Positions 1 to 8,190 of a stretch of 37,061 bases of DNA are shown piece after piece. A program made the translations under genes and the position numbers. The notes beneath the pieces are model-generated. The model made no database searches, was not told the origin of the DNA, and saw only the letters and a list, made by a program, of their open reading frames with translations. The stretch is taken from positions 1-37,061 of the IMG/VR virus record IMGVR_UViG_3300045988_121094, one strand, 5' to 3'. Each line of letters opens with the position of its first letter. Positions within the stretch are counted from its first letter, which is position 1. Source of the stretch: a virus.

Positions 1-119
1 CTTTCACACCGCTCTTTTAACGGACCATAAAAAGTACCATCTAGCTCTATAATGTAATTGTTCTCATGTTCAAATAAGAAGTTCCATACAGAACCTAAAG
101 TAAATTTACTATTAAGTTC
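1..119. repeat. Terminal direct repeat copy 1 (identical to 36943-37061)
   Basis: Exact 119-nt identity read directly. It lies inside a coding region. Confidence 0.95.
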
Positions 120-167
120 TGTACACTCTTCCTTGAATCTAATAAAACTAAATCCAAGTTGCTCCAT
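1..167 (-). CDS. Small hypothetical protein (57 aa) spanning the circular junction; 5' part
   Basis: ATG at 165-167 overlaps the ssb stop (TGATG). Hand translation MEQLGFSFIRFKEECTELNSKF...KERCERL continues across position 1 to TAG at 36936-36938. Confidence 0.5.
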   Translation of the reverse strand, partial: MEQLGFSFIRFKEECTELNSKFTLGSVWNFLFEHENNYIIELDGTFYGPLKERCE

Positions 168-571
168 CAGAAAGGACAGTCTCCCGTATCATCTGGTGTT
201 ATTTCATCCTCAAAATTCATCCCACTAAATTTATTTTCACTTGTATTACCTTGATTATTGTTATTAACTTGTCCTATAAATTCAAATGAATCTACTACTA
301 TATCAGTTGTATATCTCTTAGTTCCATCTTTAGCATCATAACTTCCTGTTCTTATACTTCCTGTTACTGCTAGTTGTCTACCTTTAGTTAAATATTGTGC
401 TATTGTTTCACCAGTTTTCCCAAAAGCTATACAGTTTATAAAATCTGTTTCATCTTTCTTAAATGGTCTTGTTACTGCTAAAGAAAATCTTGTTACCGCA
501 GTTCCTGTTCCTGCTGCATAATTCAAATTTGGATCCTTTGTAATTCTTCCGATAAGTATTACTTTATTGAT
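167..571 (-). CDS. ssb: Single-stranded DNA-binding protein (OB fold, acidic C-terminal tail)
   Basis: Sequence ..NKVILIGRITKDPNLNYAAGTGTAVTRFSLAV.. ends DDTGDCPF then TGA. The track ORF starts at an internal TTG (526). The conserved N-terminus continues to 571, where only ATC follows a GGGGG RBS (see finding). Confidence 0.85.
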   Translation of the reverse strand: MNKVILIGRITKDPNLNYAAGTGTAVTRFSLAVTRPFKKDETDFINCIAFGKTGETIAQYLTKGRQLAVTGSIRTGSYDAKDGTKRYTTDIVVDSFEFIGQVNNNNQGNTSENKFSGMNFEDEITPDDTGDCPF

Positions 572-864
572 AAGTCATTCCCCCTTCTTATTCTCAATGA
601 AGCTTTTTGTTGTATTATCTTTACATTGTTAGTCCATTTTTTAAAGTCCTTATTTTTTCTAACTATAAATATTTCTCTTTTCAATTCTTGCTTACTTCTT
701 CCACAAGCTATTATGTGATTAGTTCCCCTTTGAACCATTACATACTTAAACCATGGAAAGCATAATCTAAGGTATGTTCTAAAATCACAATCTCTATAAT
801 TAACATCTTTTTCAGTTTTTCTTCTGATGTATGGCTTTAAATATGCACTTCTATACTTCCTCAT
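559..864 (-). CDS. Hypothetical early protein (101 aa, basic)
   Basis: Track ORF in a tightly packed co-directional early operon. No recognisable motif. Confidence 0.5.
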   Translation of the reverse strand: MRKYRSAYLKPYIRRKTEKDVNYRDCDFRTYLRLCFPWFKYVMVQRGTNHIIACGRSKQELKREIFIVRKNKDFKKWTNNVKIIQQKASLRIRRGNDLSIK

Positions 865-878
865 TGCTTAATTCCCCC

Positions 879-1184
879 TTAACTTTCATAATTTAATTCA
901 ATATATCTATTTAAATCCTCTAGTCTTTCTTGACTGTTTATCATGTCATTAGTTATAGCCTTAATATCTTGCTCTATTTGAGTTAATTTATCTAACACGA
1001 CACTTATATCGTCATTATCCCTAATCGCTTGTTGTGGTATGAATTTGAGCGTTCCAGATAGTGTCGTACAGTAAGCATAGGTTTTATATAAATCATTTTT
1101 ATCTTTATCCTTACCTATATACTTCTTAACTTTATATTGTCTTTCATCTGTTTCTATAAAATAATCTCCTAATTTAATCTTCAC
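879..1184 (-). CDS. Hypothetical early protein (101 aa)
   Basis: Track ORF. Overlaps the upstream gene end by 11 nt (operon coupling). Confidence 0.5.
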   Translation of the reverse strand: MKIKLGDYFIETDERQYKVKKYIGKDKDKNDLYKTYAYCTTLSGTLKFIPQQAIRDNDDISVVLDKLTQIEQDIKAITNDMINSQERLEDLNRYIELNYES

Positions 1185-1500
1185 TAGGTAATTCCCCCTT
1201 ATATAATTTCATCCATTCATCTAAAGTCATTGTTACGAGCCATTCGGACCTATCTTTTCTATGGAATACTACTCCTAGTTCATTCTCTTTCTTATCTGCC
1301 TTAGCTTGGCTTATGGCATCATATATATTAAGTCTTTCTACTCTCTTACATTCAATGTGAATACCAGGTAATCCAACTACATCTGCATCACCATTAGCAC
1401 CACAATATTGTTGTCCTCGCCTTGTAGAATATCCATACTCTTTTAGCTTAGAAGATAGTTCTCTTTCTCCTCTAGCTCCTTTTTGCTTACTGTTAGTCAC
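1174..1500 (-). CDS. PD-(D/E)xK Holliday-junction-resolvase-like nuclease
   Basis: KGARGERELSSKLKEYGY...DADVVGLPGIHIECK matches the small phage resolvase pattern (G-x-x-x-E ... D ... E-x-K). Confidence 0.65.
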   Translation of the reverse strand: MTNSKQKGARGERELSSKLKEYGYSTRRGQQYCGANGDADVVGLPGIHIECKRVERLNIYDAISQAKADKKENELGVVFHRKDRSEWLVTMTLDEWMKLYKGELPSED

Positions 1501-1534
1501 TTAATCACCTCTTTACTGAAATTGACTATTATAT

Positions 1535-1578
1535 GAGAATAGAAGCATATAACCGTAACTGAATTTACTTCTATTCTC
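1535..1578. repeat. Perfect 11-bp inverted repeat (stem-loop, 22-nt loop)
   Basis: gagaatagaag (1535-1545) pairs with cttctattctc (1568-1578). A T-rich tract follows only on the plus strand. Confidence 0.6.
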
Positions 1579-1593
1579 CTATATTATTTTTAG

Positions 1594-1908
1594 TTATATA
1601 TAATCTCTTAAAATATTAAATATCTTGTCAATGTCCTCATGCTCTATGAAGTTCCATTCTATTTTTTTGATAACTGCTATCTTTCTTTTATAATCTTCTT
1701 CTCTTTCATGTTCCTCTAAATCTAAAATTATATATGATGCAATGCCACAAGCATTTACTTCTCTTAAAGTATCTACATAATATTTAATTCCATAAGAAGT
1801 TGTTATATACTTTGAGCCTATAGTTTTTACAGTAGTTTCTATAATCCTACTACCAAATCTTCTATCAACCCAAATCCATATTTTTTGGCCCTTCTTAATA
1901 TTTTTCAT
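1594..1908 (-). CDS. Hypothetical early protein (104 aa)
   Basis: Track ORF, no recognisable motif. Confidence 0.5.
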   Translation of the reverse strand: MKNIKKGQKIWIWVDRRFGSRIIETTVKTIGSKYITTSYGIKYYVDTLREVNACGIASYIILDLEEHEREEDYKRKIAVIKKIEWNFIEHEDIDKIFNILRDYI

Positions 1909-1917
1909 AACTCTCCT

Positions 1918-2091
1918 TTACTTCCCTCTATAAGATTTACATCTTATCCTACTCATTCTTTTATTTTCTTTAAGCCTATTCTCTGCTAAAAAGCTATCTG
2001 CTTCTAATTTTCCTTTTTCTCTTAAGTATTTTCTTCTTTCTATATCTTCTAATGTCAGTAACATCCATTCGTGAGGAGTTCTTTTTCTCAT
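1918..2091 (-). CDS. Small hypothetical basic protein (57 aa)
   Basis: Hand-found: GGAGGATTAAT-ATG at 2089-2091. MRKRTPHEWMLLTLEDIERRKYLREKGKLEADSF... fills the gap between flanking genes. Confidence 0.45.
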   Translation of the reverse strand: MRKRTPHEWMLLTLEDIERRKYLREKGKLEADSFLAENRLKENKRMSRIRCKSYRGK

Positions 2092-2101
2092 ATTAATCCT
2101 C

Positions 2102-2446
2102 CTAACTATTCTTTAACTCTACTCTTAACCACGTCAATTTACTTCTAAGTATCTCTATATCTAGTCTTAAATTCTCTATAGCACTTATACAAGTATAGTA
2201 ATCACTTTCTGCTATGTCTCTTTTAAGTCTTAAATCTGCTATCTTTTCATTTCCCCTTACTAGATCATGTATTATAGTAGTTGGTACTTTCTCTAATCTA
2301 AGTTTTAATATTTCTTTTCTTACTTCAACTCTATAATTTCTTTCTGCTTCTGCTTTCTTTATAGATAGAGTTTTTAATTGTGTATTACCTCTAGTTAATG
2401 CTTTTTTGGATAATTCTATCTGCTCTATTATAATTTGTGGATTCAT
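2102..2446 (-). CDS. Hypothetical coiled-coil protein
   Basis: Track ORF trimmed to ATG (MNPQIIIEQ...), which forms an ATGA overlap with the upstream small ORF. Confidence 0.5.
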   Translation of the reverse strand: MNPQIIIEQIELSKKALTRGNTQLKTLSIKKAEAERNYRVEVRKEILKLRLEKVPTTIIHDLVRGNEKIADLRLKRDIAESDYYTCISAIENLRLDIEILRSKLTWLRVELKNS

Positions 2447-2622
2447 ATAAAATCTCTCCAACTCATACCTACATCATGCATGTAACACTCCATACACATT
2501 CCCCATTTTCTTAAATAGTCTTGACTATATACACATCCACATTCAGGACAACAATTTCTTTTCTTCCATCTTGCTACCCTTAAAGCTTTTCTATCTTTTT
2601 TCTTAGGCATATATCTTTTCAT
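2443..2622 (-). CDS. Small Cys-rich (zinc-ribbon-like) protein, 59 aa
   Basis: Hand-found: MKRYMPKKKDRKALRVARWKKRNCCPECGCVYSQDYLRKWGMCMECYMHD.. Start overlaps the upstream stop (TAATG); end overlaps the next start (ATGA). Confidence 0.5.
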   Translation of the reverse strand: MKRYMPKKKDRKALRVARWKKRNCCPECGCVYSQDYLRKWGMCMECYMHDVGMSWRDFI

Positions 2623-3011
2623 TATTCACCCTCCAGTATCAATCTACCACCCATGCATTGCCTTATTACATCCTCCCTAACATATTTACCCTTCTGTAAT
2701 GTTAAAGGCTTTAAAAGCTTATTTAATGGCTTATCTGCTATCTCTAAAACTTCTTTTATTTCTTCTCTAGTTAAATACGGTTTATTCCATAATATTTCTA
2801 ACCAGTTCTGAAACTCTAATTTTATTTCATTATCAAATTTCTTATTAAAATGTACTCCTACTTTATGATCTCTATGGTGCTTATTACATAGATAAACATG
2901 ATTTAATTTACAATTCTCTAGCGGCTTACATTCTGACCTATATACTCTATGATGTAATTCAACTCCATAGCTTGTACCACATACTTTACAAAAATGTATT
3001 TCTTTAATCAT
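2622..3011 (-). CDS. HNH-fold (beta-beta-alpha-Me) zinc-finger nuclease-like protein
   Basis: CKVCG...ELHHRV...N...LCNKHHRDH motif arrangement. Confidence 0.55.
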   Translation of the reverse strand: MIKEIHFCKVCGTSYGVELHHRVYRSECKPLENCKLNHVYLCNKHHRDHKVGVHFNKKFDNEIKLEFQNWLEILWNKPYLTREEIKEVLEIADKPLNKLLKPLTLQKGKYVREDVIRQCMGGRLILEGE

Positions 3012-3585
3012 TTATATACCACTTACCTCTTATTTCATCTATTGTTACAAATACACTTGATTCATTTGTTGAAGTGATATTCCCCGCTCTTTGAGTTATC
3101 GTAATCATCCCATCATTTGATTTTTTAAATTTATATTTAGTAACTATATTTTCTATTTCCTTACCTTCTTCATATGCTTTAAACGCTTCTTGGAAGGTGT
3201 ATTCTTCCCTTTTCAACTTATATAAATTATCTTTATTAAAATTCATTATTTGTGAGTTATTATCAATTTTACTTCTCACACTTATATTCCCATTAATTGA
3301 ACACTTTATAATTTTTATATCACTTTCCCAAATTTGTCCTTCTTTTATATTTGCTATAACCTCTTTAAATGTTAATTCTTTCATTTCTTTAACCTCCTCA
3401 AAATAGCCTCCAAGATTTATATTATGTTTAAAAAAATCTTCTGCTGAATCATATCTACAACTTTCACTTCCATCCTCCCATGTAGTTCTTCCATCTTCAA
3501 AAATATAAATCTTACCTTTGTATGCACTAGCTCCTGGTGCAATTAGTGAATTTTTAGTTTTTATGCATTTCAATTTAAAATCCAT
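3004..3585 (-). CDS. Hypothetical protein (193 aa)
   Basis: Track ORF, no recognisable motif. Confidence 0.5.
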   Translation of the reverse strand: MDFKLKCIKTKNSLIAPGASAYKGKIYIFEDGRTTWEDGSESCRYDSAEDFFKHNINLGGYFEEVKEMKELTFKEVIANIKEGQIWESDIKIIKCSINGNISVRSKIDNNSQIMNFNKDNLYKLKREEYTFQEAFKAYEEGKEIENIVTKYKFKKSNDGMITITQRAGNITSTNESSVFVTIDEIRGKWYIND

Positions 3586-3597
3586 TTTTATCTCTCC

Positions 3598-4368
3598 TTA
3601 TTCCTTCATAAATTTTTTCAATCTATAATTACAATCTTCCTTAAATGTAAGGCTAAATCTTTTCCCTGTAGTTTCTAATATCCTTCCTCCTAATGCTTCA
3701 TCAAGTTCTAAAAGCATATTAGGAGTACATTCACTTGATATTATTGTTGGAAGGTAATTTAAATATCTATAATTAAGTATTGGATATATATGCTTCATAT
3801 CTGTTTCACTTAACTCTGCTGCTATTCTTCCCTTTTTAACTTTATCTTTAAATAGATCATCTATTATTAAAACTTTTGCCTTTGTATATCTGCTTAATAA
3901 TTTCTCGTAATCTTCCTGGTACATAGCTAGTGCCTTTAGTTCTTTTATAACTTCCAAGTAAGGCATATAAACTACTGATATTTTCTTCTCTAATAATGCT
4001 TTTCCTATAGCAAGAACTATATGAGTTTTACCTGCTCCCGGTTGTCCTAATAATGCAAATCCATTTTCCCTAGTGTCTTTTATTTCATCAAAGCTAGTTA
4101 TATAATCCGCCGCTTTATCTTTAGCTTTCTTAGTTGAATCATTATAAGGCTCATATTCTCTAAGGAGTTTAATGTCTTTTAGCTTTACTCCGAAGTTTTC
4201 CCACAAGCTTTCTACATGAGCCAGTTCATAACATTCGCATCTTTTATAACCTTCTTCTCCAGCTATCCAAGTTGTATCTTTACATTTAAGACATTTATAC
4301 ACATTACTCGAACTGGTATTTATCCCACTTGCTTTGACTTGATTTAGTATCCTGTCTAGTGCTTCCAT
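3598..4368 (-). CDS. DnaC/IstB-like AAA+ helicase-loader with N-terminal Cys cluster
   Basis: Walker A LLGQPGAGKTH and Walker B VLIIDDL. N-terminal CLKCKD...CEC. Strong RBS GGAGGGGGAG before the ATG. Confidence 0.8.
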   Translation of the reverse strand: MEALDRILNQVKASGINTSSSNVYKCLKCKDTTWIAGEEGYKRCECYELAHVESLWENFGVKLKDIKLLREYEPYNDSTKKAKDKAADYITSFDEIKDTRENGFALLGQPGAGKTHIVLAIGKALLEKKISVVYMPYLEVIKELKALAMYQEDYEKLLSRYTKAKVLIIDDLFKDKVKKGRIAAELSETDMKHIYPILNYRYLNYLPTIISSECTPNMLLELDEALGGRILETTGKRFSLTFKEDCNYRLKKFMKE

Positions 4369-5041
4369 TCTCCCCCTCCTTGTAACCTTCTGTTTTCCAA
4401 TTCTCTAATATACCTTTAAGATAAGAATAAGTTCTCTTGCTTCTTTGATTTCCTATCTCTATAGCCTTAGTTACCCACTCTATAGAATAAATTTCTACAT
4501 CTGCTAGTAATTTATCTAATAGAGTTTTATTTAAAGTTCCATAACCATTATTAGTCCATGTAGACGACAACTGACGACATATTTCTGTATTCTCTTCTAT
4601 CTCTAGTCTATTCTCTTCTAATCTATTCTTATCTTCTCTAGTCTTATCTAGTCTAATCTGTGTCTCCGAATTGGATACATTTTGTATACAAGGTGTATCC
4701 ACATATTTATAAGATTTATTTTCCTTAAGCATTAGATGTGCTTTTTCATCTTTATATACTGTTTCTTTATACCTATCTTTTTGGATATAATTGTGTATTC
4801 TCCAATGTTTAATAACACATACACCACTTTCAAAAGGTATTACAAAATTCTTAGCAATAAGCATTTTTAATTCATCATCACCAGCACCTATCATTCTTTG
4901 TATCTTCCTAGGATTATTTATAAATCCATCATCATCAGCTCTCATGCTAAGATGAAAATATAGTGCTTGGGTAGATAATGACATATCTAAAAATGCATCA
5001 CTATCTATTATTGTTTTTGCAAACATTCTTTTCTCTGCCAT
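4304..5041 (-). CDS. Phage replisome organizer (N-terminal domain) fused to a DnaD-like C-terminal domain
   Basis: MAEKRMFAKTIIDSDAFLDMSLSTQALYFHLSMRADDDGF.. is typical of the replisome-organizer N domain. C-terminal ..YSYLKGILENWKTEG is DnaD-like. Confidence 0.75.
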   Translation of the reverse strand: MAEKRMFAKTIIDSDAFLDMSLSTQALYFHLSMRADDDGFINNPRKIQRMIGAGDDELKMLIAKNFVIPFESGVCVIKHWRIHNYIQKDRYKETVYKDEKAHLMLKENKSYKYVDTPCIQNVSNSETQIRLDKTREDKNRLEENRLEIEENTEICRQLSSTWTNNGYGTLNKTLLDKLLADVEIYSIEWVTKAIEIGNQRSKRTYSYLKGILENWKTEGYKEGENGSTRQDTKSSQSKWDKYQFE

Positions 5042-5050
5042 TACTACCTC

Positions 5051-5575
5051 CTAAGGTCTCATTAAAAATACTCTCTTCTTAGTATTGTTATTTTTAATAG
5101 ATAAACCAGTTATATTTTTATTTTCATCATAGGCTATTTTTTCAACTTCAAATTTATCATTGCATTTCCATATATCCTTGCCATTATTGCCCTTGATAGA
5201 ATACATATTGCAATCATCTTTCTTTACCCAAATAAATGGACTTGTATAAAGTTCTCTACCTATTCCCCAATTAAAACATGCTCTTTTAAAACTATCACTA
5301 GCTTGTCCTTTTTCTTTTTCTGTATTACTCTCTGTTCCTGTATCTTCTTTACTTACCCATTGATACTTTTCTTCATCCCATAAACTAACTATGCAATTAG
5401 CATTTTCTCTTGTATGCTCTCTTTTCCAGTTCATAGGTCCAACTGTTTCATCAAGGATGTTCATATCGCAACGAGCATCTTTGTATAGAAGCAATATACA
5501 GCCTTTTTCAGTAACGCTTTGTACTCTTACATCTATTTCAGTTTCCTTTAATGGTCTAAAAACTAACTTCTCCAT
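5051..5575 (-). CDS. Rad52/Sak-type single-strand annealing recombinase
   Basis: Signature KGQASDSFKRACFNWGIGRELY (G-x-x-SD-x-x-KR-x(5)-GIGR-x-LY). Confidence 0.75.
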   Translation of the reverse strand: MEKLVFRPLKETEIDVRVQSVTEKGCILLLYKDARCDMNILDETVGPMNWKREHTRENANCIVSLWDEEKYQWVSKEDTGTESNTEKEKGQASDSFKRACFNWGIGRELYTSPFIWVKKDDCNMYSIKGNNGKDIWKCNDKFEVEKIAYDENKNITGLSIKNNNTKKRVFLMRP

Positions 5576-5585
5576 ACTACACCTC

Positions 5586-5729
5586 CTAGAATGGTATTAT
5601 TAATCCTTTTTCTATCTCATATAGTAAACTTCTTAATTGCTTGTCTACTCCTTCATAATCCTCATTTTTAAGGTATTCTAGAGTTAATCCAAGCCTAACT
5701 ATTAATGCAAGTTTATTTTCTTCATCCAT
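5586..5729 (-). CDS. Small hypothetical protein (47 aa)
   Basis: Hand-found: GGAGTGGGAAAT-ATG. MDEENKLALIVRLGLTLEYLKNEDYEGVDKQLRSLLYEIEKGLIIPF. Confidence 0.4.
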   Translation of the reverse strand: MDEENKLALIVRLGLTLEYLKNEDYEGVDKQLRSLLYEIEKGLIIPF

Positions 5730-5740
5730 ATTTCCCACTC

Positions 5741-6223
5741 CTATCTAATTCTTAAACTTTCCTTCTGTTCAATTCTTGCTCCTGGTACTTCTATACCATT
5801 ATCAATACTTTCTTTAATCTTTTTCTTATCTTCCTTCTCTTCAATCTTTTTATATTCCATAGGAAGTATGTTAAAATCATCTATAATAATACTAGGAGGA
5901 TTTTTCTTTATTGCTAAAGTAAATATCTTACCTTTAATATCTTTCTTGTCTAAAGCTATCATAGAGCCTTCTAAATAATCCTTTAGTCCTTTTACCTTGT
6001 TTTCTAAAGTTTTTCTTCTAGTAGATAATCTAGTTTCTTCTTCCTTATATCCTTTTACATCTGCTTCTATAGACTTAATTAACTTAACAATATTCTCCGC
6101 CTTATCATCAAAGCTACCTTCTACTTCTTCTAAAGCTGCTTCTACAACTTCTTTAGGTACATCTGGATTCTCTAAAAGTTCCAGTAAGTTTAAATAATTT
6201 TGAGTTAATTCGTATAATTTCAT
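5741..6223 (-). CDS. Siphovirus Gp157-like protein
   Basis: MKLYELTQNYLNLLELLEN...GSFDDKAENIVKLIKSIEADV...FTLAIKKNP...GARIEQKESLRIR matches the Gp157 family layout. Sits next to the recombinase, as usual. Confidence 0.7.
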   Translation of the reverse strand: MKLYELTQNYLNLLELLENPDVPKEVVEAALEEVEGSFDDKAENIVKLIKSIEADVKGYKEEETRLSTRRKTLENKVKGLKDYLEGSMIALDKKDIKGKIFTLAIKKNPPSIIIDDFNILPMEYKKIEEKEDKKKIKESIDNGIEVPGARIEQKESLRIR

Positions 6224-6391
6224 TTACTTATCCTCCTCTGTATCAAAATACAATCTATCATCATCTTCGTTATATCTAATGTTGTTTATATACCAGTCTT
6301 GGTTATCCGCATCATATAGCTTAAATCCTTCTTCATTAAGTATGTTTATTATGCTTACTAGAATTTTTAATAACACTTTAAATGCTTTCAT
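6224..6391 (-). CDS. Small acidic hypothetical protein (55 aa)
   Basis: Hand-found: ATGA overlap with the upstream stop; its stop abuts the Gp157 start. MKAFKVLLKILVSIINILNEEGFKLYDADNQDWY... Confidence 0.45.
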   Translation of the reverse strand: MKAFKVLLKILVSIINILNEEGFKLYDADNQDWYINNIRYNEDDDRLYFDTEEDK

Positions 6392-6642
6392 ATTTCATCT
6401 ACCCCCATTAAAGTTTGTCCATTGTTCTCATATATTCCATAGTTGTCTAAATCAACTTTATCTGTTAGAATATCATTAATGTTATTTTTTAAGTGCTCTT
6501 TCCCTTGTTTGGTCGCTAGGGATTGAGCTATTTCTTTTTTAAGCTCCTCTGATAAAATATCTTTAAGCATTCCTCCTTCTTTTTCTAATCTATCAAGTGT
6601 TCTTGGAACAACTTTATTTACAATGTCTAATATTAATCCCAT
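6388..6642 (-). CDS. Hypothetical protein (84 aa)
   Basis: Track ORF; ends with TGA. Confidence 0.5.
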   Translation of the reverse strand: MGLILDIVNKVVPRTLDRLEKEGGMLKDILSEELKKEIAQSLATKQGKEHLKNNINDILTDKVDLDNYGIYENNGQTLMGVDEI

Positions 6643-6802
6643 ACATTTTCTCCTTTAGTTTTAATAACCTCTTAGTAAATACTGCTTTATCTTTAGTTGT
6701 TATTCTTATTAAAGCCATTACAGCTAGTAAGCTTATTAAACATATTCCTACTTCGTAAGTTATCTTAAGTAAAGTTAATAGGTATATTTTTAATACATAC
6801 AC
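6614..6802 (-). CDS. Possible small membrane protein (62 aa, GTG start)
   Basis: Hydrophobic IYLLTLL..ICLISLLAVMALI. 29-nt overlap with the next gene; weak start context. Confidence 0.35.
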   Translation of the reverse strand: MYVLKIYLLTLLKITYEVGICLISLLAVMALIRITTKDKAVFTKRLLKLKEKMYGINIRHCK

Positions 6803-6804
6803 TT

Positions 6805-7071
6805 CTATCTCAACTCCTCAACTTTCTTTCTAGCTTTATTAAATTCATTTATACAGTTATTACAAAGCTTAACTCCTAAGATAGTTGCCTTTACATTTAC
6901 ATCACCACAACAATGGCAACCTGGTATATGTTTCTTAAGAATTATCATTTCACCTTCTGTGTACAGTTCTAATGGTTGTCATTCTTTGATATTCATTAAC
7001 TTTCTTAATTCCATAGGTATAACTACCCTTCCTAATTGATCTACTTTTCTTACTATTCCTATACTTTTCAT
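6805..7071 (-). pseudogene. AbrB/SpoVT-family regulator with Cys-rich C-terminus, interrupted by an in-frame TGA (6979-6981)
   Basis: Hand translation: MKSIGIVRKVDQLGRVVIPMELRKLMNIKE-TGA-QPLELYTEGEMIILKKHIPGCHCCGDVNVKATILGVKLCNNCINEF...TAG. Both halves together form one SpoVT-AbrB domain. Confidence 0.7.
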
Positions 7072-7112
7072 TTTTACATTTCCCCCTTATATAATTTATA
7101 AATTTCTCATTG

Positions 7113-7415
7113 CTACTGCTCTTGAACTAGTACTTCTGGAGCAGTTCTTTCTATATCTTCACTAGCTATTATTTCTACATTGTTAAAATACCAATTTAAG
7201 CAATATCTCTTTAACTCTTCATGTTCTACAAATACTGGCATATTTTCTTCATCTATTTGTGTTACAAATTCTTTAGATTCACCACCTGTTAAATAGACAT
7301 CTATCCAAGGATATCTTTCATCTATTTCAAAGCTTAATGTTCCAATTTCAACTACTAAAATTATTGATTCCTCTATCTTTATATCTGTATCTGTTGTTTT
7401 TATCATCTTTGACAT
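7113..7415 (-). CDS. Hypothetical protein (100 aa)
   Basis: Track ORF trimmed to the ATG (MSKMIKTT..), which lies 8 nt after GAGGAA and just after the antirepressor stop. Confidence 0.5.
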   Translation of the reverse strand: MSKMIKTTDTDIKIEESIILVVEIGTLSFEIDERYPWIDVYLTGGESKEFVTQIDEENMPVFVEHEELKRYCLNWYFNNVEIIASEDIERTAPEVLVQEQ

Positions 7416-7416
7416 A

Positions 7417-8157
7417 TTAAAATTCCTCACTTTCTATCAATGGTAAAATATTATTTTTCTTTAATAATTCGTATATGAATAACCTTCCTTTTTGTGTCCA
7501 CTTAGTAATCATATTCACATCTTTCATGCCATTTTTTCGAGTTATTGGTATAGTTTCAGAGTGTGTATATCCTTTAGCATGATATTTAGAATATAAAAGC
7601 CATTGTTCACCTATTTTATATTGAATCTTTAGCTCATGAAGTTTATCATTTAATGCTTGTCCACTAAGTCCATAATCTTTAGCTATTTGTGTGATAGTTA
7701 CAAGGCCTTTATTTTTAAGAATAATATCTGTATAATCTGCTTTAGGTTTAAGTTCTCCTATTATTTGCTTCTGTTGAGTATTTTCTAATTGAAGATTCTC
7801 TACTCTCTTATTTGCAATCTCTAAAGCTCTCTTCATTATCATTTCTGGACTATTCCAAGCTTTTTCTACTTCTAAGAAGTATTTTCTAGCTTGTTTACCT
7901 TTTTCATTACGTTGTATCATTGCTATTTCTTTTGCCATGTCTAATTTGATTTCATGATCTACTATTTCTTGAACTCCTCCAAGGGTAGGACATTTTTGGG
8001 TTACCCTTTGATAATCTACATTTTCAGTAAAACCATACTCAATCATTCTTGAAAACCACTTCTTGTATTCAGTTTTAATTTCTAAAAATTCATGTAATTC
8101 TCTACCACTTAAAGTAATATCATTTTCATTAGTGTTAATTTTTATTAATTCTTTCAT
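7417..8157 (-). CDS. Phage antirepressor (AntA-like N domain + KilAC C domain)
   Basis: N-terminal ..LSGRELHEFLEIKTEYKKWFSRMIEYGFTENVDY.. and C-terminal ..TITQIAKDYGLSGQALNDKLHELKIQY.. are typical of Ant/KilAC proteins. Confidence 0.75.
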   Translation of the reverse strand: MKELIKINTNENDITLSGRELHEFLEIKTEYKKWFSRMIEYGFTENVDYQRVTQKCPTLGGVQEIVDHEIKLDMAKEIAMIQRNEKGKQARKYFLEVEKAWNSPEMIMKRALEIANKRVENLQLENTQQKQIIGELKPKADYTDIILKNKGLVTITQIAKDYGLSGQALNDKLHELKIQYKIGEQWLLYSKYHAKGYTHSETIPITRKNGMKDVNMITKWTQKGRLFIYELLKKNNILPLIESEEF

Positions 8158-8190
8158 AGCTTGTCCTCCTTAATTTTTATTCTGTAAACC

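Noticed and set aside
1-119. The 119-bp terminal repeat as a biological direct terminal repeat of the virion DNA
   Set aside because: It falls in the middle of a small coding gene in the early region, far from the HNH/terminase/cos-like locus. An assembly overlap of a circular template is more plausible, and this is testable by read-terminus analysis.
4304-4368. The 65-nt overlap between the replisome-organizer and DnaC-like genes, considered as a possible frameshift or fusion
   Set aside because: The DnaC-like ATG has a very strong RBS (GGAGGGGGAG). The organizer's DnaD-like domain is complete before the overlap. An ordinary overlapping tail is the simplest reading.
6979-6981. Genome-wide reassignment of TGA (for example to Gly or Trp) as the explanation for the in-frame TGA in the AbrB-like gene
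   Set aside because: TGA terminates ssb exactly at the canonical ...DCPF C-terminus (167-169) and ends other ORFs (6388, 2443). Long genes (1218, 779 and 564 aa) are intact under the standard code.
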